A stretch of 64,000 nt of DNA from an uncultured Alphaproteobacteria bacterium (GTDB lineage Bacteria > Pseudomonadota > Alphaproteobacteria > Rhizobiales > Xanthobacteraceae), in the NCBI GenBank assembly GCA_963791665.1, contig CAWBTH010000034.1:17114-81113 (forward strand), written 5' to 3'. Below, one piece after another: positions 33,400 to 42,432 of this stretch (positions are counted from its first letter, which is position 1; each line of letters starts with the position of its first letter). The notes beneath the pieces were generated by a model that saw only the letters and a program-made list of their open reading frames with translations, was not told the origin of the DNA and searched no databases. The position numbers and the translations under genes were made by a program.

Positions 33400-34933
33400 A
33401 TGAAGGACATCCTGGACACCCTCGAGGAACGGCGCGCCGGCGCCAAGCTCGGCGGCGGCAAGAAGCGCATCGAGGCGCAGCACGCCCGCGGCAAGCTGAC
33501 CGCCCGCGAGCGCATCGAGCTGCTTGCTCGACAAGGGCTCGTTCGAGGAATTCGACATGTTCGTCGAGCATCGCTCGACCGAATTCGGCATGGAGAAGAC
33601 CAAAGTGCCCGGCGACGGCGTCGTCACCGGCTGGGGCACGGTCAATGGCCGCAAGACCTTCGTGTTCGCCAAGGATTTTACCGTGTTCGGCGGCTCGCTG
33701 TCGGAGACCCATGCGCACAAGATCGTCAAAATCCAGGACATGGCGATGAAGGCGAGGGCGCCGATCATCGGCCTCTACGATGCCGGCGGCGCGCGCATCC
33801 AGGAAGGCGTCGCCGCACTCGCGGGCTATTCCTACGTGTTCCGCCGCAACGTGATCGCGTCGGGCGTGATCCCGCAGATCTCGGTGATCATGGGACCCTG
33901 CGCCGGCGGCGACGTCTATTCGCCTGCGATGACCGACTTCATCTTCATGGTGAAGAATACGAGCTACATGTTCGTCACCGGCCCCGACGTGGTGAAGACC
34001 GTCACCAACGAGGTCGTCACCGCCGAAGAACTCGGCGGCGCCAGCGTGCATGCGACGCGCTCCTCGATCGCCGACGGCGCCTTCGAGAACGACGTCGAGG
34101 CGCTGTTGCAGATGCGCCGGCTGATCGACTTCCTGCCCGCCAATAATTCCGACGGCGTGCCGGAATGGCCGAGTTTCGACGACATCGAGCGGGTCGACAT
34201 GTCGCTCGACACCTTGATCCCCGAGAATCCGAACAAGCCCTACGACATGAAGGAGCTGATCCTGAAGGTCGTCGACGAGGGCGACTTCTTCGAAATCTCG
34301 GAGGCGTTCGCCAAGAACATCGTCACCGGCTTCGGCCGCATCGCCGGCCGCACGGTCGGCTTCGTCGCCAACCAGCCGATGGTGCTGGCGGGCGTGCTCG
34401 ACAGCGACGCCTCGCGCAAGGCCGCGCGTTTCGTGCGTTTCTGCGACGCCTTCAACATCCCGATCGTCACCTTCGTCGACGTGCCGGGCTTCCTGCCGGG
34501 CACAGCGCAAGAATATGGCGGGCTGATCAAGCACGGCGCGAAACTGCTGTTCGCCTATTCGCAATGCACGGTTCCCCTCGTGACCGTCATCACGCGAAAA
34601 GCCTATGGCGGCGCCTTCGACGTCATGGCGTCCAAGGAGATCGGCGCCGACATGAACTACGCCTGGCCGACCGCGCAGATCGCTGTCATGGGCGCCAAGG
34701 GCGCGGTCGAGATCATCTTCCGCAGCGACATCGGCGATCCCGACAAGATCGCCGCGCGCACCAAGGAGTACGAAGACCGCTTCCTGTCGCCCTTCATCGC
34801 CGCCGAGCGCGGCTATCTCGACGACGTCATCATGCCGCACTCGACGCGCCGCCGCATCGCCCGGGCGCTTGCGATGCTGCGCGACAAGCATGTCGAGACG
34901 CCGGCGAAGAAGCACGACAATTTGCCGTTGTAG
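33400..34933 (+). CDS. pccB: Acyl-CoA (propionyl-CoA) carboxylase carboxyltransferase beta subunit (indel near 33527)
   Basis: [40 protein letters not shown]. Confidence 0.93.
34841..34933 (+). repeat. Direct repeat copy 1: last 31 codons of pccB
   Basis: 80/93 nt identical to 36680-36772 by manual alignment. Confidence 0.95.
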
Positions 34934-34943
34934 TAGTCAATAT

Positions 34944-36130
34944 CTACGGCCTCTTCGGCTCCAGCGATTGATGCGTGGTGCTATGCCAGCAATAAAGTTT
35001 ACGCAAGTTGTCGAGGCTTGCGAGAACGTCGCCTGTGGGACCTACTCGGTCGGACTTCAAGATTTCATCGATCCAAGAGTTCATGCTTTCCAGCGTATAT
35101 GACTTGATGCGTTGGCCCGCGGCTCGTCCAGCAGCATTTTCGACAATCCGGGCGAACAGAAGAGTAGATCGTTCGAGGCTCCGTGGAAATTCATGAGTTC
35201 GCATAGCCTTTCGACATAGGTGATATTTACAGGTGATCCTGATCGATGCCGAAATCTTACCAGAAGCTTTTCGTCGCCATCGGCGAGCAGAATAGTCCGA
35301 GTTTCGCCCTCATAGTAGGTGGGATTATATCCGCTGAGAAAAAGCGCGGCTGTCAATCGGCGTGCAACCTGAATTTCGCTGTCATCGAACGAAGATGGGC
35401 GTGTCGTTAATTGAACAATCGACGCTAGATCGGAATTGTACTTTTCAAAAGCGGCGGCCTTGTCATTACACTCTTTCGCGGCGGACTGGTGAGCCGCGCG
35501 TTCTATTAATTGGGCGGCATCGTTCGCAAATAGCGCGGCTCTTTGTTCGCCGATAGGCACCCCCTTGAGCTTCGAAAATGACATAAAACCCATGATTGCT
35601 GCTACGGGCCAGAGTAGTGGAGCGGTGACGGCTATTATCCCGGTGAAGACGCCGATTGTCGCCATTATGTAAAATGTCGTTCGTTCTCCTTCGAATCTTT
35701 TGGTGAATTCGTCGATGCGTCTGCTTTTTATCGACGCCAACTCTGCTCACGCGGCCGTCTTTTTTGTCTGTATTGCACTATCGACGCGGCGTTGGAATTC
35801 GGAGAACGATTGAGTAGATGAACTTGTCGATGAGGACGATTGCGCGCTCGATGATCGAGTTCGCTGCTCTCGACTGGTGTTCTGGGACGATGCGCTCGAC
35901 CGCTGCGCTCTCACGCGCCAGAAGATGTCGCGTGCTTGTCTTTGGACTGGATCGCTGAGTATCTCGTACGCTATGTTGGTCTTCGCTTGTGCTGCGTCCG
36001 ATCCGCCTCGATCAGGATGGGATTTTAGACTTGCTTTTCGCCATGCGGCTTTTATTTCGCCGGGTGTTGCGGTAACCGATATTTCCAACACCAAGTAGCA
36101 GTTGAATTGCCGGTATTGGTCGTTCGCCAA
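34944..36130 (-). pseudogene. J-domain - two TM - Mrr-like restriction-endonuclease-fold protein, interrupted
   Basis: HPD J-domain; in-frame TGA at 35747-35749; hydrophobic hairpin; Mrr-like pattern; frameshift near 35140; low GC. The lesions may be sequencing errors. Confidence 0.6.
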
Positions 36131-36298
36131 CCTGAAAAGACCTAGGCTTTATGTGCTATCGCTAAAGTAGCAATTTAGCCGAATTTCACGGCTTGAGTTG
36201 GCGATAGGGAGCTTATTTTTTCTTAAGGGTGTGGTTTGGCGGGATAGAACAGGAAAGGCGGCGCCTCAGTGCGATCCACCCCTACGCATTTGGACCCC

Positions 36299-36646
36299 GT
36301 GACCGATGACGACCCCACCGACGAGATATCTCAACTCGAAGCGCGGATCGAGCGGCTGGCCGAGATCGCGGAGCGCTGCCGGAAGTTCATTCTGGCGTCC
36401 AAGGCTGCGATCGCCGGCGGCGCCGGTTTGTTGCTGGTCGCGATCTTCGGCCTCTTCGGTATGGGTGCGTCCACCGCGCTCGGATCGATTGCCTTGATCC
36501 TCGGCGGCATCGTCTCGCTCGGATCGAATGTCAGCACGCTGCGGCAGACCGAGGCTGCGATCGGCAAGGCCGAAGCGCTCCGCGCGGACCTGATTGGCGG
36601 GATCGAGCTTCGCGTGGTTCGTGACGCTCCGGCGAAATTGATGTGA
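36299..36646 (+). CDS. Small two-TM hypothetical protein with coiled-coil ends
   Basis: EISQLEARIERLAE, two hydrophobic segments, AEALRADLIG. Confidence 0.75.
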   Translation: MTDDDPTDEISQLEARIERLAEIAERCRKFILASKAAIAGGAGLLLVAIFGLFGMGASTALGSIALILGGIVSLGSNVSTLRQTEAAIGKAEALRADLIGGIELRVVRDAPAKLM

Positions 36647-36679
36647 CAAAGCCCCACATTGGCTCCTCGAGCTTCGGCT

Positions 36680-36772
36680 TCGGCGCGCCGCCGGATCGCG
36701 CGGGCGCTCGCCATGCTCAGGGACAAGCATGTCGAGACGCCAGCGAAGAAGTACGATAATTTGCCGTTGTGA
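36680..36772 (+). repeat. Direct repeat copy 2: orphan pccB 3' end
   Basis: Translates [30 protein letters not shown]. Confidence 0.95.
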
Positions 36773-36829
36773 GCCAATACTCAGACGAATCCCATGGAAA
36801 GTCCGGCTCGATTCAACTATATTGCGATC

Positions 36830-37006
36830 ATGACTGACTTTTTGAAAAAATTGATAGAAGCCGCCAAGACTGTTAAGCCGACGCCCGAGCATCGGGAACA
36901 GCAACGGCGGAGCTTTGTCTACGGAAATACGCATTTCGAGAATTCGCTGATCACCCGCGAAATGGTCGACCGCGAGGCCGAGAAGCTGGCCAAGGACAAG
37001 AAATGA
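36830..37006 (+). CDS. Putative Fic antitoxin (VbhA/FicA-like)
   Basis: 58 aa, QRRSFVYGNTHFEN resembling the inhibitory xxxE(G/N) motif; ATGA overlap with fic. Confidence 0.7.
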   Translation: MTDFLKKLIEAAKTVKPTPEHREQQRRSFVYGNTHFENSLITREMVDREAEKLAKDKK

Positions 37007-37671
37007 CGGGTGACGAGCGCGAACGGCGGGATAGCCGTGCGCTTGAACCCGAGTTAATCACCGACCCACACGAAAAGGCGGCCGCTGAAGCCCGGAATGG
37101 CTTTCGCCAGTATGACGCAGCGATCGGCACGATCCAAACTGCGCTGGAGCGGGGTTCGTTCAAGCTTCGTCCGTCCCTAATCCTCTCCCTCCAACGTGAA
37201 GCGCTGGCTGGAATCAGTTCCTATGCAGGAAACTACAGACCGGGCGGGGTTTCCATCGAGGGAAGTCTTCACGCTCCAGTGGGGGCGCATCTAGTTCCGG
37301 AACTCGTCGAGGATATGTGCGACTACGTCAACGATCATTGGGGCGAAAGCACGCCAATTCATCTGGCGGCTTATGTAATGTGGCGTCTGAACTGGATTCA
37401 TCCATTTGCAGATGGCAACGGTCGAACTTCCCGGATCGTTTCGTACGTCGTTCTGTCGATTCGGGCCGGTTCTTTGCTGCCTGGCACGCCGACGATTCCG
37501 GATCAAATTGTTGACAATCGAAAACCGTACTTCGAGGCACTAGATTCAGCAGATTCGGCCTTTCGCGATGGCAGCGTCGACGTCTCCAAAATGGAAGATT
37601 TGTTGGCTTCACTGCTCGCAAATCAACTCGCCGAATTTTACAAATCTGTCGGCGGAAAACTCCCGAATTGA
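37003..37671 (+). CDS. Fic-domain protein (putative AMPylase)
   Basis: Canonical HPFADGNGRTSR. Confidence 0.93.
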   Translation: MTGDERERRDSRALEPELITDPHEKAAAEARNGFRQYDAAIGTIQTALERGSFKLRPSLILSLQREALAGISSYAGNYRPGGVSIEGSLHAPVGAHLVPELVEDMCDYVNDHWGESTPIHLAAYVMWRLNWIHPFADGNGRTSRIVSYVVLSIRAGSLLPGTPTIPDQIVDNRKPYFEALDSADSAFRDGSVDVSKMEDLLASLLANQLAEFYKSVGGKLPN

Positions 37672-37686
37672 GTGGATGGATTCGTC

Positions 37687-38133
37687 ATGACCACGCTGTT
37701 CGCCTTCCTCCACCATCTCTGCGCCTTCACCCTCGTTGCCGCGGTCGCGATCGAGTTCACGCTGATCCGCCAGGAGCTGACCCTGGCCTCGGCGCGGCGG
37801 CTGCAGGTCACCGACATCGTGCTCGGAATCGCCGCCGGCGCGCTGCTGGTGATCGGGCTCTTGCGGGTGTTCTTCTTCGAGAAGGGCGCGGACTATTATT
37901 GGCACAGCCACGCGTTCCGGGCCAAGTTCGGCCTCTTCATCATCATCGGCCTGCTGTCAATCATTCCCACCCTGGAATTCCTGTCATGGCGCGATGCCAT
38001 CGCGGCCGGTCAGGCGCCGGTCATGGATGCCGCCACGCGCAAGCGCGTGACCATGATCATCCACATCGAGCTGGCGGCGATCGTTGTGATCCTGCTCTGC
38101 GCGGCCATCATGGCGCGGGGCGGGTGGGTCTGA
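37687..38133 (+). CDS. DUF2214-family membrane protein
   Basis: LHHL, GLLRVFFFEKG..YY, AAIMARG. Confidence 0.85.
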   Translation: MTTLFAFLHHLCAFTLVAAVAIEFTLIRQELTLASARRLQVTDIVLGIAAGALLVIGLLRVFFFEKGADYYWHSHAFRAKFGLFIIIGLLSIIPTLEFLSWRDAIAAGQAPVMDAATRKRVTMIIHIELAAIVVILLCAAIMARGGWV

Positions 38134-38144
38134 GGGGCTATGCC

Positions 38145-38224
38145 GTAGGGCGGGTTAGCGAAGCGTAACCCGCCGCCTTTCGTCGAATGCATGGCGGATT
38201 ACGGCTGCGCCTAATCCGCCCTAC
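38145..38224. repeat. GTAG-type REP doublet
   Basis: GTAGGGCGGGTTAGCGAAGCGTAACCCGCC ... GGCGGATTACGGCTGCGCCTAATCCGCCCTAC. Confidence 0.9.
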
Positions 38225-38227
38225 AGG

Positions 38228-39436
38228 TTAGAAATTGGTGCGCCTTCCCGCCCGCTCGTCCTCCACATACCCGTCGCGCGTCTGCGGCAGCTTGCGGCCG
38301 AGGATGCGGCCCGCCACCACCGTGCGCAGGATCTGCGCGGTGCCGCCGCCGATGGTGAACATGCGGGCGTCGCGGACCATGCGTTCCAGGGGACGATTAC
38401 GGGAATAACCCGCTGCGCCGAACACCTGCAAGGCGTCGTTGGTGACCTTGATCGCGGCGTCGGCGGCGAAAATCTTGGCCTGCGCCGCGAACAGCGGATC
38501 GGGAAAGGGTGCTGCCGATCGTGCCGCCTTGTGGATCAGCTCGCGCGCAGCCGAAATCTGCACGGACATGTCGGCCAGCATCCATTGCAGGCCCTGGAAT
38601 TCGGCGATCGGGCGGCCGAACTGCTCGCGCGCATTGGCGTAGTCGAGCGCATGCTGATAGGCGCCGTCGGCGAGACCGAGCGCGACGGTCGCCGCACCCA
38701 CGCGCTGCGAGTTATAGGCATTCATCAGATCGGCAAAGCCGCGGCGGAAACCGGAAGGCGGCATGACGACCATGTCGTCGCCGATTTCCATGTCCTGGAA
38801 GAGGATTTCGGTCTCGGGAATGCCGCGTAGCCCCATGGTGGGCTCGCGCTTGCCGATCACCAGCCCCTTGGTCTTGTCGCGGATCGCGAGGAAGCCGCCG
38901 ATGCCTTGCTCTTCGCCGGCTTCGTCGAAAACGCGGGCGAACACCAGATGCAGTTTTGAGACGCCGCCGCCGGTGATCCAGTGCTTGCCGCCGTTGATGA
39001 CATAGCCGCCGCGCTTGCGCATCGCGCGCGTGGTCATCTCGCTGGCGGCCGATCCCGCGCCGGGCTCGGTGATGCAGATCGCGGGCTTGTCGCCTGACAG
39101 CACCAGTTCGGCGGCGAGCTTCTTCTGTGCATCCGTGCCGTAATGCATCACGGCCGAGATCGCGCCCATGTTGGCCTCGACCACGATGCGCCCCGTGACG
39201 CCGCAGACCTGCGCCATCTCGTCGACCACGAGAGCCGCTTCGAGAAAGCCGAGGCCGGGGCCGCCATATTGTTTCGGAATCGTCATGCCGAAGAAGTCGG
39301 CCTCGGTCAGCGCCTTCACATTGTCCCACGGGTACTGCTCGCTCCGATCGACCTCGGCAGCGCGTGGCGCGATGGTCTCGCGCGCCAGCGCCCGCGCACG
39401 TCTCTGCAGCTCGAGCTGCGCAGGCGTCAAACTCAT
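38228..39436 (-). CDS. Acyl-CoA dehydrogenase-fold protein, 3-sulfinopropanoyl-CoA desulfinase-like
   Basis: EQYPWDNV, GRI, GDKPAICI.EP, WITGGGVSKLHL, YNSQRVGA, KLPQTRDGY match my recollection of the Advenella Acd desulfinase. Confidence 0.8.
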   Translation of the reverse strand: MSLTPAQLELQRRARALARETIAPRAAEVDRSEQYPWDNVKALTEADFFGMTIPKQYGGPGLGFLEAALVVDEMAQVCGVTGRIVVEANMGAISAVMHYGTDAQKKLAAELVLSGDKPAICITEPGAGSAASEMTTRAMRKRGGYVINGGKHWITGGGVSKLHLVFARVFDEAGEEQGIGGFLAIRDKTKGLVIGKREPTMGLRGIPETEILFQDMEIGDDMVVMPPSGFRRGFADLMNAYNSQRVGAATVALGLADGAYQHALDYANAREQFGRPIAEFQGLQWMLADMSVQISAARELIHKAARSAAPFPDPLFAAQAKIFAADAAIKVTNDALQVFGAAGYSRNRPLERMVRDARMFTIGGGTAQILRTVVAGRILGRKLPQTRDGYVEDERAGRRTNF

Positions 39437-39798
39437 GAGGCCTCGGCCTGCTGCGTCACCAGCGGCACGTAGTCATATTCGCCGACGCCCTGCATGATCA
39501 GGAAGGTGAGCGATTTGTCGCCGGCATTGGTGACCAGATGCGGCCGCCCGGGCCTGACCTGGAAGACTTCACCGGGCCTGAGGTTCACGCTCTCCTTCGG
39601 CTCCCCGAGGTACAGCCGCATCTCGCCTTCCAGCACATAGAAGGTGTCGGAGATGTTGGTGTGGGTGTGCCACGGCACCTTCTGGGTCGGCGAGAGCTGC
39701 AGCTCCTGGATGCGAAAGCCGGGGCGGGCAGCGTGCTGCGCGCGGCGCTCGACTTCATAGAGGTGACTGGCGTCCTTGACGGGCTGTCCTGGCTTCAT
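39433..39798 (-). CDS. Cupin domain protein
   Basis: PWHTH...FYVLEG, P..PH. Confidence 0.88.
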   Translation of the reverse strand: MKPGQPVKDASHLYEVERRAQHAARPGFRIQELQLSPTQKVPWHTHTNISDTFYVLEGEMRLYLGEPKESVNLRPGEVFQVRPGRPHLVTNAGDKSLTFLIMQGVGEYDYVPLVTQQAEAS

Positions 39799-39868
39799 GC
39801 TGGCCTCCCTTGTTTGTGGCGCTATGGTAGCCTTGTTCCGTTATCGGCGAAACTGCTGGAAACAGGTC

Positions 39869-40831
39869 ATGGGAAAGCGGATCAATCGCTGCGTCGAGCT
39901 TTTGGCGCAAGACCAGGCGATCTATTACGACGGCCCGCATAGCGGCCATGTGCTGACCACCACGCAAGGCCGCACCGATGCCGCCACCTGGGCCGACTAC
40001 ATGAATGTCGGCATGGAGCATGGCAGCTTCGACATGACGGGGCTGGAGGCCTATATGCGCGGCATGGTCGAGGCCGGACCGACGCGCTCCGGGCATCGCA
40101 CGCCGGCCGTCATTGTCGAAGCGCCGGTCAACGGCATCGACGCCGCGCATGTGCGTTACAATGCCTGGCAGTTCCGCCAGATCCTGGGCCGCGGGGTGCA
40201 TGGCATCCTGCTGTGCCAGGCCGAGACCGCGGATGCGGTGCGCGCCTTCATCGAATCATGCCGCTATCCGCACAACATTATCGGCGTCGATCCGAACATC
40301 CCGTCGCCGCTGGCGCGGATGGATGGCGCGAAACGCGCGGCGGACGGCGGCGTTCACGCGACAGGCCGCAAGCTGCTCGGCATCGGCACCCGCGGGCGGG
40401 GATCGGAGAGCACGGCTGCGCCGGTCTGGGGACTGTCGACGGAAGATTATATGGAGCGCTGCGATCCCTGGCCGCTGAACCCGAAAGGCGAGTTGCTGCT
40501 CGGCGTGAAACTGGAAAGCCCCGAAGGCGTCGCCAATTGCGAGGAGATTCTGGCCGTGCCCGGCCTCGGCTTTGCCGAGATCGGGCCGGGCGATCTCAGC
40601 CTTGCGCTCGGCTACCGCACCATGCCGCGCGACCCTTGGCCGCCCGAAATGCAGCGCGCGCGGGATCGCATTCTTGGCGCCTGCCGCAAGAATGGCGTCG
40701 CCTTCCTGCAGGGCTGTACGCCCGACAACATCGTCGCGCGGATCGATGAGGGCGTGCGCGTGGTCGCCGGTCACAGCGAGGAAGCAGCGAAGAAGGGCAG
40801 GGCGCATCAGAAGCGCACGATGGTGGTGTAG
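39869..40831 (+). CDS. HpcH/HpaI aldolase/citrate-lyase family protein
   Basis: MEHG, CRYP, LES.EGV.N.EEIL.VPG, IGPGDLS. Confidence 0.85.
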   Translation: MGKRINRCVELLAQDQAIYYDGPHSGHVLTTTQGRTDAATWADYMNVGMEHGSFDMTGLEAYMRGMVEAGPTRSGHRTPAVIVEAPVNGIDAAHVRYNAWQFRQILGRGVHGILLCQAETADAVRAFIESCRYPHNIIGVDPNIPSPLARMDGAKRAADGGVHATGRKLLGIGTRGRGSESTAAPVWGLSTEDYMERCDPWPLNPKGELLLGVKLESPEGVANCEEILAVPGLGFAEIGPGDLSLALGYRTMPRDPWPPEMQRARDRILGACRKNGVAFLQGCTPDNIVARIDEGVRVVAGHSEEAAKKGRAHQKRTMVV

Positions 40832-40838
40832 TTATAGC

Positions 40839-40910
40839 GTAGGGCGGATTAGCGAAGCGTAATCCGCCGTTCTCGATGCGACGCCGTCGGCGGGTTACGG
40901 CTTCGCCTAA
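40839..40910. repeat. GTAG REP doublet, left part (interrupted by IS; continues at 42414-42427)
   Basis: GTAGGGCGGATTAGCGAAGCGTAATCCGCC...CGGGTTACGGCTTCGCCTAA | CCCGCCCTAC. Confidence 0.9.
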
Positions 40911-42413
40911 TCTTACTGCGTCATGGATTTTCCGCGCGTGCGTTGCGCCGTGACTGCTCCACAACAAGGACATCGTATCAAAGTTTTGATGATCCCGGGG
41001 ATCAGTCGCATACGCACGGTTGCGATCGAGTTCGGGACATGGCGTTCAGGCCGCAAGGGGGGATCCTCGGGGTCGGTAATCGTCGGGTAAGCAAGGTGCC
41101 TGGAGCGGCGCGGCAGAACGTGGTGCTGAGGGGGGAATCATCGCCTGTTCGGCGATGAGGAAGCCGTAAGCGGCGATGCACAGGGTTGCGTGATGATGGA
41201 AGCCGCGCCAGCCGCGGCCTTCGTAGTGGCCGAGCCCGACCTCCTGCTTGAGTTCCTGATAGTCGCGCTCGATACGCCAGCGCAGCTTGGCAAAATCGAC
41301 CAGTTGCTGGAAGCTGACGGTCTCCGGCAGTGTGGAGAGCCAGTATTTGGTCGGCTGTTTTTCGCCCTCGGGCCACTCGATCAGCAGCCACTCCGGCGAC
41401 AGCTTCTCGGGGATCAGCTTGTTGTATCCGACGCGGACGCGCACGCGCGCGAAGCGCGAGGACAGCCGCTCTGCCGAACCCTCGCGCCACGTCACCATGC
41501 GCCAGGCCTGCTTCGGCAGGCCAAGCGCCACTTCCCCGGCCGAGATCAGGTCGGGCTCGTCGCGACGGCCGGTGTTGTTCAGCGGCTTGTCCATGCGCCG
41601 CGGGCCGGTGCCGGGTCGCCACATCAAGGTGTCCGGCAGGATGCCAGCCACGTAGGTCACGTCCAACTCCCGCATGCCTGCCCGAAGCCGCGAGTCCCTG
41701 CCATAGGCCGTATCCATCAACGCCACCCCGCGGGGCAGGCCGGCGTCGCACGCCCAGCGTATCTGCTCCAACGCGATCTCCGGCTTGGTCTTGAACTTGA
41801 TCTCCTTCGGTACGCCGGCCTTCTTCCGCCGCGCGCGATCCCTGGTCCAATCCTGCGGCAGATACAGCCGATAGGCGACCGGAAGGCTCGCCGCATGATT
41901 GGCGATCGAGAGCGACACCGCCACCTGGCAATTGGCCTGCTTGCCGAGCTGGCCGCAATACTGATGATGCACGCCAACCGAATGCTTGCCCTGCTTGGGG
42001 AACGCCGTGTCGTCGATGATCCATGCCTCGATCGGACCATTCTTCTCGATCGCAGGCAGCACTATCTCGCGCACCTTGCCCAGCACGTCCTCGTCCGACC
42101 AGGCTGCGACGCCAACAAAGTGAAGCAACGATTGGTGCTGCGCCGACGTTCGTGTCGGAGCTGTCCGCGCCGCCATCGGCTCCACGCTTTTGCGCTCGCC
42201 CGGCAAGATCAGTCCCGTGCAATAGTCCCGCAGCGGCCTCGTCCGCTCCGCGTGACCGATCACGCCCCCAAGCCCCGTGACGTATTCCGCAAACCGCGTT
42301 TCGCTGTCGCCGCCCTGATCGAGATTCATCTGGCCCTCCGCGTGCCAAACATTGAATCTCCTCAATTACTTGATTCTCGGCCTCAATGGCTGCGACCGCT
42401 TGACTCAGTAGTA
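40911..42413 (-). mobile_element. IS701-family insertion sequence
   Basis: CTAA direct repeats at 40907-40910 and 42414-42417; imperfect IRs TCTTACTGCGTCA vs TACTACTGAGTCA. Confidence 0.9.
41046..42329 (-). CDS. IS701-family DDE transposase
   Basis: RKSVEPMA, IIDDT.FPKQG.HSVGV.QY.GQLGK.ANCQ, D.AYG, RW.IE..Y.ELKQE.GL.HYEGR.W.GFHHH. Confidence 0.95.
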   Translation of the reverse strand: MNLDQGGDSETRFAEYVTGLGGVIGHAERTRPLRDYCTGLILPGERKSVEPMAARTAPTRTSAQHQSLLHFVGVAAWSDEDVLGKVREIVLPAIEKNGPIEAWIIDDTAFPKQGKHSVGVHHQYCGQLGKQANCQVAVSLSIANHAASLPVAYRLYLPQDWTRDRARRKKAGVPKEIKFKTKPEIALEQIRWACDAGLPRGVALMDTAYGRDSRLRAGMRELDVTYVAGILPDTLMWRPGTGPRRMDKPLNNTGRRDEPDLISAGEVALGLPKQAWRMVTWREGSAERLSSRFARVRVRVGYNKLIPEKLSPEWLLIEWPEGEKQPTKYWLSTLPETVSFQQLVDFAKLRWRIERDYQELKQEVGLGHYEGRGWRGFHHHATLCIAAYGFLIAEQAMIPPSAPRSAAPLQAPCLPDDYRPRGSPLAA

Positions 42414-42432
42414 CTAACCCGCCCTACGGTTT

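Noticed and set aside
35747-35749. In-frame TGA as selenocysteine or programmed readthrough
   Set aside because: No Cys/Sec motif context and no evident SECIS. A nonsense change or base error is simpler.
34934-37671. Prophage or integrative element at pccB
   Set aside because: No integrase or phage genes, and the repeats are diverged coding tails rather than identical att cores.
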